A stretch of 64,000 bases of DNA, from contig CM120647.1 of the NCBI GenBank assembly GCA_051362555.1, positions 62,001 through 126,000 on the forward strand, read 5' to 3'. The DNA is from Lingula anatina (taxonomy: Eukaryota; Animalia; Brachiopoda). Below the pieces are notes generated by a model that was given only the letters and a program-made list of their open reading frames with translations, had not been told where the DNA came from and searched no databases. Made by a program: the position numbers and the translations under genes. This document shows, piece by piece, positions 43,301 through 53,422 of this stretch (position 1 is the first letter of the stretch; each line of letters starts with the position of its first letter).

Positions 43301-45580
43301 TGCTATAGAAGTTATGTTTCGGATAGGACCATAAGTTCTGGTCAGCTGAATATACGGAAAAAATGATTGGATATTTTATATTGCTTTTTTAATGTTAGAT
43401 GCAAATATTTATTAGCCTTCTTTTTTAAACAAATAATAAATATCAAGCAATTGGATTATATTTTTATTTTAAATGCTTTTCACCGGGTATTCAAATAATA
43501 TCTAGAGCCAGTTAATTTCTGACTTTCAATCTTTCGGATCTGAAGCTGTAACCAGTTCTAATAAAAATTGACTGTGTATTAAGTTAGACAAAAACAAACA
43601 ATCAATTTATAACTCGGTAAAGACATGCTTCTCTACTGATGTATCTTTTTTCAAATACTTTTATGTCACTAACAGCTGTCATTATCGTTCAATTGCACCA
43701 TACCAAATTAACAAACAATACAGTACAATGTCCAAAGTGTTCAAAATGCCTAACATTTCGGTAGATTGCCTGAAATTTAATTTATCCTAGGTCAGTTACA
43801 ACCATTCGTGGTCCACGTATGCGATGCACATGTACAAGAGTGTAATTTTGGAGGTGGACCCCTCTCAGACGACAGGAAAGGGAAACCCGGTGACGATCCT
43901 AAAATTGTAGAGGTACTTTGGCCTCGTTATTTCCATTTGACTCTTTTGAACTCTTCCACCAAAAACAGTCATCACACCTGAGATAATTTCGTTAAAGCCA
44001 GTCAAGGTCCTAGCGTTATGTAACCTTCCTACCCGGAGCTCAGGGCAACGGTAACAAACATTGGTGTCCCTGTATCTAGTTTTATTGATAGACCGTTTAT
44101 ATCGGACATTGCCATGATCACTTACGCTTACTAATGGATTTACGGCACGCAGAAATCAGCACGATTCCCTATAAAATCTAGGCCTCTGAAGGAGAGAGAG
44201 AGAGACCCCGGGAGATCGTCACGACTGTCCATGCCTGCGTGCCAGCCTGTAGCCCGTATGAGTGGAATAAAGATTACCTGAAACACAATTCTATCTGTTG
44301 TGTATTCAAGCCGCCGTTCTCTCATAAATTAGTAACCCACCTAGGTTACATATAGCTGACATTTGATCACCTGGTAAGAGGCTGTAACTTGACTTATTTT
44401 GCCCACACTACACTCAAACTATCAGTCTTGTTCACTGACCACTCTGCCAGAAGTGCGCCATTATTCAGTTAAAGATTTAAAGGTCGTTTAGTTCTGACCA
44501 CCCGTGCCAACTCGTGAAAGATGGTGGTATATGTAAAGTGTGTTGAAATACAACGTCCTGATGCTTGAACTGACATACAAACCGCGCAAGTTAAAATAAA
44601 ACAATTAAAGACGAGAAAATATCGAGTTAAGTACACATGTGAAAGGGCTATTATCAAACATCTAAATCAGTGGCCATGATTTATTAACCAGAACTAGAAA
44701 TGGGAGATCGGGATCCATAAAATGCCAGGGGATTGTAACCTGTGAACAGTGCCAGGTAGAGGCAAGGTTACTCTTGATCAACATTACGAAGTTTTATGTA
44801 TAGGCTTTCACATATCGTTTCCATCCATTCGATTAGATAATTCGACAGAGGAATTATTTCTTTGCAAGGTTGTCGAAATAAAAAGCATATACCTCGCCAA
44901 TGAAGTATTAATAAAGCATAAATGTTGCCTTAAAGCAAATCTGTAAACAGTGTATAGGAACTTACTGTACCTCGGGATTGAAACCTTGGACATCGGGGTG
45001 AAGTCGAGGCCCTTGGTTGATGGTGGTGTTAAAATTTTTTAACATATTATTGGCCGTCATTGGATCGGCATAGAATCTACCCGCAAAATGTAGCCGAGGG
45101 AACCCGAGGTAAGAATGTTTGGATCCTGTAAAACATCCCAATTTAAAATATTAAATATTTACCTAACTACATTCAATCAGGTATCGACATGAGATAAACA
45201 AAAGAAACATAGATAAAACTTACGAATATGTATGTATAAACTGCATTGACTGCATTTTGCAATGTAATGAAAGAGAAATACCGAACATGGTGCTGTTGTC
45301 CTAACAGACTTTATCATAGGTTAAAATTTTTAAAGGGGGTGTAGCTAACATATATCACTGTTTTACATGTTATATGTGGCTAAGTAGTTTTCTGATGAAC
45401 AATGTCTCTTTTCCGCAACTCACAACTGCTTACTATTGAAAATTCAAATTTTGAAAACCTGACATTTAATACTACAGGGAAATGCTTACTGGCATGTTCG
45501 TCGTCGGTGTTAATGAGAGTTGCGGACATCAACCATAAACTGTAAATGACCTGCAGTGCGACAAAACTGCTTCCAGCCAT
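34623..45580 (-). CDS. Secreted VioB/RebD/StaD-like protein (imino-arylpyruvate dimer / chromopyrrolic acid synthase family, ferritin-like domain), 4 exons, 1014 aa
   Basis: join(complement) 45580-45490, 45125-44971, 37739-37634, 37315-34623; all introns GT-AG with matching phases 1,0,1; total 3045 nt with no internal stop. Family motifs: SYLGFPRLHFAGRFYADPMTANN, FNPEGSGNF, PAKMVD, YSKFYPAM, HYMPVTRDLS, LQQALLLEFTTIPPYLTA...EMLH, EQGEG, SHYFKF. AATAAA signals downstream (~34560, ~34505). Confidence 0.9.
37634..37739 (-). CDS. VioB-like gene exon 3 (GSGNFMFYDTFVTSVCYSDRTCVKEGDSVIGQIFE)
   Basis: TTGTTGTTTTCAG| acceptor, GAAG|GTAGGA donor; phase 0 to 1. Confidence 0.85.
37797..38072. mobile_element. 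Non-autonomous Helentron/DINE-like (HINE) element in intron 2
   Basis: Subterminal inverted repeat CCTCCGCCGAGG / CCTTGGCGGAGG, terminal hairpin ACCTCCTTGGCGGAGGT, (CAAA/GACA)n microsatellite. Confidence 0.6.
41040..41570 (-). mobile_element. L2/CR1-group LINE RT C-terminal remnant
   Basis: FLGLNISQDLNWEIHI...EYAEQVWH. Confidence 0.75.
42290..43040 (-). mobile_element. L2/Crack-type LINE 3' remnant
   Basis: GVYINENLNW...FYNAHILPHLDYCSIIW...LKWQTIYER; AATAAAG + (TTA)n tail. Confidence 0.75.
43841..44350 (+). mobile_element. Possible solo LTR
   Basis: TGTAA...TTACA ends, GC-richer than flanks, AATAAA near 44265; no clear target duplication. Confidence 0.3.
44971..45125 (-). CDS. VioB-like gene exon 2 (SKHSYLGFPRLHFAGRFYADPMTANN...GFNPE)
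   Basis: GTTTTACAG| acceptor, GAG|GTACAG donor; encodes the conserved N-terminal PR-x-HF-x-G motif of the family; absent from the ORF track. Confidence 0.88.
45490..45580 (-). CDS. VioB-like gene exon 1, signal-peptide-like (MAGSSFVALQVIYSLWLMSATLINTDDEHA)
   Basis: GTCATGG start, hydrophobic core, GCCA|GTAAGC phase-1 donor matching the exon 2 phase. Confidence 0.72.
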
Positions 45581-46175
45581 GACTGTGTGCGGTACTGATA
45601 AGTACAGTGATAGAAAAACGCCTGCCCTCGGTTTATTTTTCAAGGCATCGTAATCCAGCCTTACTGGTGCATGACTTAAATACAAAACCACTGATAAGTT
45701 GAATTTGCTGTCTGGTTACACGCAGTTGAATAAAGTGTGCTCATACATGGTCGTTATCGATGTGTCATCAAACTAGAGGACTTTCCGTATTAATTAAATC
45801 AGAAGTGCCTCTGCCTCAGTGAGCAAAATCCTGATGTTCTTATTTAACACGTACAGTCACTACTGGGTAGCTGCAAGCAATGATGTTTTATATAAAATTT
45901 TCATATACACTTTTCATATAGACGGTTACTGGATTAACCAGGTGATGTAAGGCAGCATTTGTTCATTAAAATCACATTATTGATACCAAGCTTGTGTCAG
46001 TTATCAAATAAGTCAACAATAGAAGGTTCCATCGCGTATTTTCTTTATCCGTGAAAGTCACTTAAATTTTTATTTTCCGAGATGCATGAATGGTTCATGT
46101 TATTTAAAAGGATAACACCGGCAGCAAGTCAATTGCGATATTATTTACAAATGAGATGCATATTTTACAATAAAA

Positions 46176-47307
46176 CACTGAGAATAAAATCGGAGTCCAA
46201 GTGACTCCAAACTTGGAGTTCAGCAGTGGTGCCTAAAATAACTCCCAATTGGAGTCAAGTTGACTCCGATGGAGTAACGCCATTCCAGACCCCACAGGAG
46301 AGTCACAGTTGACTCCATTCACACATCCCTTCATCCCTTGATTTACCTCTACAAAAGAGTCACCATGACACCATATTAAAGAATTTTTAACTCCTTGGCA
46401 CATTATGAAAAAAGAACATCAACAGTGCCAAGCGGGGAGACAGCAGGTACCGTTTATAAAGGACTGGTATGTCCCCGGACGGGTTAGAACCCACGTCCTC
46501 CCGCACCGGTGGCGGTCACTCTAACCACAAGGCCATCTGGTCGCATGTGGTATTGCGGCAACAATAAAATAGTTTGTAAATCTGGTAATAAACAGCATAA
46601 CATATGTATACCACAAATGTACCAGTGAGTGAGCATACCTCCCCAGAGACATGCATTCAAACATACCACATGGAAACAAAGCTTGCTGACCTGTATACCA
46701 ACATATCACATTGGCTCTGCCAATATTATGTTTTGTATTTTTCTTAGTCGTACTATATCACTATTTAATATAATTCATACTTATTTATAAGTGCAATCCT
46801 ATTGTACATTTTCATCTACCCACGTAGATGCATACGATACAATGAATAAATGCATATATACGTAAAGAGCGTGGGCAACTGAAAGCTGGGGCCAGTAATA
46901 AGTGCACGAGTTCTGCATGCAGAAACACACAGAAAAGAACTTGTTCATGCATAAAACCCACTATGGCCAATAAAATAATGTTTATACTGACAAAGGGTGA
47001 TGAAAACTATTCTCTCCACGCCGTCTGCTCACTGCCATCACAAGCACTGAAACGAGCCCTACTGTCCAGCAAGCGAAAAGAGTCGGTAAAAGGGGTCAGC
47101 CAGACACTGGCCCCCAGTAATTTGACTCTGATTTTAGAGTCAGATTGACTCCATGAGAGCCAGGGGGTGGCTGACTCTGATAAGAGAGTCTAAAGACTCT
47201 GGTAGTGGGGTAATTTGACCCTTATATAGGAGTTAAATTAACTCTATGCGGGTCAAGTGGTGCTGGACTCTGACTAGAGTGTCAAATGACAAATTTTATT
47301 CTCAGTC
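46176..47307. mobile_element. CACT-terminated (EnSpm/CACTA-like) non-autonomous element
   Basis: CACTGAGAATAAAAT ... ATTTTATTCTCAGT TIRs; many subterminal GACTC/GAGTC repeats at both ends. Confidence 0.6.
46395..46540 (-). mobile_element. tRNA-derived SINE fragment
   Basis: A box TGGCCTTGTGGTTAGAG, B box GGGTTCTAACCC, followed by a core-like ...CATACCA...GGTACCTGCTG...GCTTGGCAC. Confidence 0.7.
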
Positions 47308-47541
47308 AAACATTGTTAATAACTTAAAGAAATACATGTTTATTAAACTCTATTTTCCCACCAAAATAACGGTTATCGCAATTGTTCTGGAATCTGTGCT
47401 TGCCATCGGACCACGAGACTGCATAGATGTCTAATAATATCTTAAATGATTATAAAAAAACTTTTTTTTAACAAAAAAAGCGCAGACTATCTTTGGATGT
47501 CGGAATGGATTTATTAACCATTGGTAAATATGAGAAAATCT

Positions 47542-47700
47542 GGGGTCATTCAGAATAGGGGATTAACTAGTCCGAGGGCCAAATATGGCCGACCCACGGG
47601 ATAACTATTCAGTGTCTATTAGCGGATTAGACGGCAAGGTTTGTAGTGGGTCAGCATATTTGACCCCCGGACTAGTTAATCCCCTATTCTGAATGAGACC
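47542..47700. mobile_element. ~160-bp hairpin MITE
   Basis: TCATTCAGAATAGGGGATTAACTAGTCCG... and its reverse complement ...CGGACTAGTTAATCCCCTATTCTGAATGA. Confidence 0.75.
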
Positions 47701-48339
47701 ATTGACTCTTTGTAAACAGGGTCGATAAATGAATTGTTTTTTTTTTTAAGATAATAGTTTATTAAACAATTATAACAGCTACATTTAAGGGTAAGTCGGG
47801 GTTTCATTTTTCAACTGTATTTTATTCTAAACACAGCATTAAATCGCACACTCCGTGAACTTGACACCTCCTCTTAAACACATTGTTTTCAACATTGTAT
47901 TTGTTATGAACGTATTTAAAGTAAATATGTTATCTTTTCTTTTTACCACAATAATATAGGCCTTTTCTGTATAAAATTATACTCATTTGTTGCGTATGAG
48001 TATCGGAAACAAACTTGTCGTTCCCGCCACCGTGTTCAATCAATTGCACAGCACTCTTGAATTGATCTTCCCTCTCACCGGCAGCAAGTCATTTTCGATA
48101 TTATTTATAAATGAGAAGCCGGGGGGAAGAACTACTTTCTCCAAATTATTCTGAGGTTAAATATTTTACCTTTATTGTAATGTTCCGTCTGGCACGTATC
48201 ACACTTCCTCTGATCATACACCAGCCGCTTTTACACTGAATATTATATCTATCAAAGGAAATGTGCTAGTGAACGTCGCCAAATACATGTAAAAACACAT
48301 GATATCTTTCGTAACAACTATCGGATTATGCAGATTTCG

Positions 48340-49170
48340 AATATAGCCTGCCATTTTATCTATCAAATCCATCTAGCAAATTGAAGGTTAAAATACATTA
48401 TCTGTCTATAGAAGTGTTTAACAAAATAAGGATGAAATTGCTATATTTATTAAATAATTTTAAGCAATTAACTTGAAAAGATATTTAAAATGTACCTCAA
48501 AATTAAGACTAGTGTATACGCACTGAGTTTTTTTTAATGATGTTATTTTGTATATGGCAGGTTATTATATAATGATGAGTTGCATAAAAGGTGTGAAAAT
48601 ATAAAACCATCTCCAGACAAGCTTCCATTCGTGGCATTCACTGACCTTGTATGCAAACTAATCATGACGCAATACTGCACGAAAAACCGTGGGTTCATTA
48701 CACCCAGTGCACGGTATATCTTACTAACACATGTCAGGGTTAAAGAAATGTCAAGGATTTGGGTTATCAGCCAAAACAGCAGATGGGTAGCGTTTGATGA
48801 AACAAGGTCAACGGAAACACGAAGCACCTACGCCTGTGATAAACTTTGATAAAAAATTAAAGATGCTATGACAGGTGCCTTTGCAGGGGTGGGTTTAGGC
48901 CATCTTCTGGGTCTTCCGGAAGACGGTCAGATTTTCAAGTTAACACTGACGTTTATCGTATGACGGTCAAAAGGGAGGATGGATCAACAAAGATAATTTG
49001 GGAGACTGTCAGAAAATATCTCTAGATCCGCCCCTGCTTCGTGATCTGCGCCATCCCCTCGGCACATGTCGAAAATACACCGTCTGACTTTATCGAAGCA
49101 GAGCATAACAAACTAAAAATAATTATTTATATATGAAAAAAAATGTTTCCCCTTGGCGACTTATAGAAAA
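48340..49170. repeat. Second copy of the 17340-18070 repeat, carrying a MITE insertion (~48884-49036)
   Basis: Empty site AGGTGCTTTCGAGATCTGCGCC at ~17935 versus filled site here. Confidence 0.8.
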
Positions 49171-49433
49171 TTCAAATTAAGTGAATATTGAATTTATCCA
49201 AAGAAATTTCTTTCATATAACATTTACCTAACATGTTATCTGAAAGAATCACGTTGGGACTTTTTTCATCAACAACAGCTCGACTTTCCTTATCGAAAGG
49301 ATTTGTTCTTTAAAAAAAATAATAAAATTGAGCTTACAGTAAATACTTCTATGGGCTTATTATCCAAACCAACTGAGAGTTAAAAATAAATAAAAACACT
49401 ACCATTCTTTACAATATCGCATTAAATCACCGA

Positions 49434-49437
<4 letters not shown>

Positions 49438-49481
<44 letters not shown>
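49438..49481. repeat. Poly(T) tract
   Basis: Direct reading. Confidence 0.95.
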
Positions 49482-49482
<1 letters not shown>

Positions 49483-52454
49483 AGGCGCTGTCCGAGACTC
49501 GGTCTGGATCTGTCTGTTCTTGTCGGTCAAGCCTCCACTAGGGCATCAGTAATCTGTATTTTTAGGCTTAAGAGTGTGGACATAGGCATTCTTGCATGCA
49601 GTTTAGTCCAATCTTGTGCTGCCGTTGCCGCTGGCTACATTTTTAAGGCCACTAATAGTAAAAGGACCAAAGTCATAGAAACAAAGCCCTGGGCTTATAA
49701 GTTTTTATAAAAAATTAAAACAAACTTCCCAAAAGGCCAATTAAAGACGGGGATTAAGTACAGTGTCCAACGGATGACGCTCTGGCGCCAATTTGAGGGG
49801 AAAAATGCCGTTTTCGGTTTTGGGATTTTCTCTATAACCAAGACAGCTATTCAAGTGATTCAAAAGGCCTCATAAAGCTGGGTGAAAGCACTACAGCAGG
49901 GTACCAGGGAATTGTCTTAAACTATTTACTTCTGATTTTATCATCTTTTACGTTAAATCAGCCCATATTTCAATGGGTTATTCACTTCAAAAGGCGATAA
50001 CTTTCAAACAAACAATTTCCTCTTAAACCCCTGATATCATGCTGTAGTCCACATTCCTAACAACAATAGGTGCAACTTTTGTAACGATCGGTTGCTCAGA
50101 TAGTGAGATATACTTGGCAGCGATTCACTAATCTCGTCAATATAGAAAGCTGTTAAAACAGCCAAAAACGTTCACAGGTTGGTTAACAGGGCTTATTAGT
50201 CAAATGCTTAGCTGGCAAATGTACCTGTTATCGGTTATACGATCAGATGGAACCATTGCTTATTGTCATCTAAAAATATTTTGTTTGGGTGCTTTGAAGG
50301 GGCAGAAAATCGTGCTTTTGTTACATTTTCCGACCACTCGTTAGGCATGTAAGCGTGCCGCCATTTTGATTGACAGCTCTGGAGAGGGCCCTAGCCTAGT
50401 GATGCCCAGTAGGGTGTCAAGGATATGTAGAAGGAAGCGCTAACAAAGGCGATTACGTTTAACTGCAATTAAGAGGTGTGAAGTTGCATTTGAACGTTTC
50501 AATGGCTCTTCCTCGGCAAACGAGTAATTTTACCTGAGAGATTCCTTCTTTGTTATCGGCAAAGTGATCAGATAAAACTGTCTGTCGAGAGCAAGTGGCC
50601 GTCACTTGTGTTAATAAGAGTTTTTTGACGTGTAACGCTGCAGGATTATTTTGCACGGGTCTTGGTAATCGTCAGATCAACGGAAAAATCCAGTGATTAC
50701 TTCAGAGCGGTCTCTCTCAAAATGCCAGCTAAGATAAAGGGGAGACGCTCAGCTGCACAAGATTCAGCGGTAAAAGTGGCTGAGAGAAGGCTTTTGAATA
50801 AATATTTTATTTTTACACACATGACACTTAGACCATATTTGCTTTTTACCTGCTAGTCTTGACTATTCTCGGGGTCTTTTTGTGATTTTCAATTTTAGAT
50901 ACATTTTGAACTCTTTCTTCCCGCTTGATCAGTGATTTTGAAATTGTTTTTCTCCAAACATCGCAAAATGCAAAGCCGCTAACATGCGTTCTTATTTTTA
51001 TTGTTTTAATCATGCTGTCAACCCTTGCTTGGATTTCTCTCGTTTGGCCATTCACATCACAATTTTTCGCGTGTCTCTCAAGCTCCATGATATCATATCT
51101 TGGAGAATAAAATTTTATTTTGTCAACATTAAATTTACCTTTTGCAAACGGCGACCAACAATCATTTCCGGTCTCATGACGTGTCGCAGATACGCTCGCC
51201 GATATATATCGCAAAAATTAAGAGCTAGGCTAAAAGTATCCTTTTTAGCGTTTTTTAAAATTTATTTATCGATTTTTCTTTCATTTGTCAGTTAATTTAG
51301 GCGATTCGATTAACTCTTTCACCCATTTATTAGGTATACAGAAATCAGTTATCCGACTGAACAAATAGGGCCGGTTTTCCCCAACCGCCACGCATAGGCC
51401 CTACTCTCTTTCAAAATTTTCTTTCTTTCCTCTGGAAATGGACTTTTAACACGAACTTTTCTCTTCCCCATAGTGTACTAGCTAGACTTCTTCACTGCTA
51501 AGCTGATGTAAGACTTATGACCTATTACTGCACACGTAATCGGCTTATAACTCATTAACTGTGCTCCGACCCCCTCATGGTAACGGCCCTTAGTAACAGA
51601 GGCGTGGCTTAGTTGTCAGCCTGACTGGGGCGCGTGCCGGTTGAAAAACTCATCAAAAGACACATTTTGCGATGCAAATTCATAAAAATTATTGCATCCA
51701 ACGTTAGATACTTTTTTGATTAATATAAACACACAAAAAACTAAAAAACATGATTTTAAGCGTATTTAACCCTATCACCGGCCTTAAGCCATCCACGCGC
51801 GTAACAATGGCACTCGGAACCATTTTCAAGTCTGATAGCATGCAGTCAGTAACAGTTAATAAAAAACATCGTCACACTGGCCAGACTGACCTTTGTACAT
51901 GTTTTATTTTGTCCGCCATAAACTAAAAAGTCAGCGGCACTACGTACAATGACAAAAGGACTGTACGGCTGTGCAAAGACCGCTGCTCTAGCCCCATATG
52001 GTTATCCTGGGCCATGTTGCCTTCATTTGACCAAAGAGATATACATTTTGCTTTAACTTTACATATGTTATGATATCAACGAAGCACTGATTCACTCGAA
52101 ACGGGAAGTGGGGAAAATGAACCAACTGTTTCCTCAGGCCTAGGGTCAACGAAACGTTTCGTGTGTTCTAGCTTAGGCTTAAATGACCGCGTTGAACTTG
52201 TACACAGTCAAGCGGCGTCTCACAACCGTACGTAAAAACGTGTAAGTTTTCGTGTTAATTTTATTCCGATGTGACAATTTGATCAGTAGGTCGTAAAAAA
52301 AATTATTATGGGCTCAATTTCTTTATTTCTTTTTTCTATTTTGGCTATTTTGAGAACGGCGAAGTTTGGGAAACCAGTAGGAACTAATAATAATGTATCT
52401 GCCTAGAACGTATACGTACCAACCATTTTCTATCTTCCCTCAACCCTTTGCATT

Positions 52455-52457
<3 letters not shown>

Positions 52458-52503
<46 letters not shown>
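52458..52503. repeat. (AG)n microsatellite
   Basis: Direct reading. Confidence 0.95.
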
Positions 52504-52506
<3 letters not shown>

Positions 52507-53347
52507 TGTGTTTGGAAATATGTTTAATTTTACCTGATTGTTCGCTAGTGTGCTCTCTACACAACTGACATAAAATGCGTTTAAATTGGTGGCAAAGCGG
52601 ATCTGTAGTCAGAATCTGTTATATCTTTCAGTAAATGTTTTATACCTTATGCCGCTATTTGCATTCAATTTTGGCAACGAACTTGTAAAATTTTAGTCTC
52701 TTTATACAGGATGACTCCAGAAAGTGTGACGTTGAGTGGACACCGCATTCGACAGCTAGTCTTGAACCTCCCCAGATTTTTTTTTTCTGTGGAGGTATCT
52801 CAAAGACAATTTGTAACAAGACAACCCTTAAATGCTGTGTGGAGCAATCACAGCAAAAATCAGGAAAATCCCGCACGAGTAATGAGTTTGAGAAATTAAC
52901 AATTTCATCCAATGCCTCAGAGGGCACTTGGAGCATTTTTTTTTTTTTAAAGAGCATAACTTAAATGCAAAGTGACCAAGAAAATTGAAAGTTAAAGTCC
53001 AGCAACTTTCTTGAAATTTGACTGACCTTTGTAGGATTTATTTATTTATTTATATATTTATTTATTTATTTATTTATTTATTTATTTTTGTCACACTGCA
53101 CCTGTTTCGATATACAAAAGATTTTATTTTTTTAGCATTTTAATATGATTGCGTGGATTAAAAAATATAAATCATCAAAATAAATCAAAATTTTCGAACT
53201 AGTCTTCATTTGTCCCGCAGCATCAAAGGCATTGTCTCCCCCCAAATGACAAGAGAGATAGAGACAGGAGGGAACCTTTCTAGATACTTCCTTGTCTTCG
53301 TCTCGTAAATTGTGTTAGGTGTGCCGACAATCCCAACACCCCTTCTT

Positions 53348-53355
53348 ACTTCCGG
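53348..53355 (+). promoter_or_regulatory. ETS-type motif (ACTTCCGG) in the probable STAM core promoter
   Basis: ~70 nt upstream of the STAM ATG; motif typical of TATA-less housekeeping promoters. Confidence 0.4.
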
Positions 53356-53422
53356 TCATGCGTAGTAGAACAGTAAAGGGAAGAACGACAACAATTTTTC
53401 TGTGAAGCGATCTCTGAAGAAA

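Noticed and set aside
44960-44970. Stronger-looking GTAAGT donor 5 nt beyond the chosen exon 2 donor
   Set aside because: It would shift exon 3 out of the homologous frame (FNPE-GSGNF); GTACAG donors are also used in STAM.
46480-46540. tRNA gene
   Set aside because: A/B boxes are present but there is no complete cloverleaf and it continues into a SINE core.
50846-51214. 122-aa ORF
   Set aside because: No recognisable motif; lies in a probable repeat (GGCTTAAG...CTTAAGCC ends at ~49565 and ~51788); cannot be supported as a gene.
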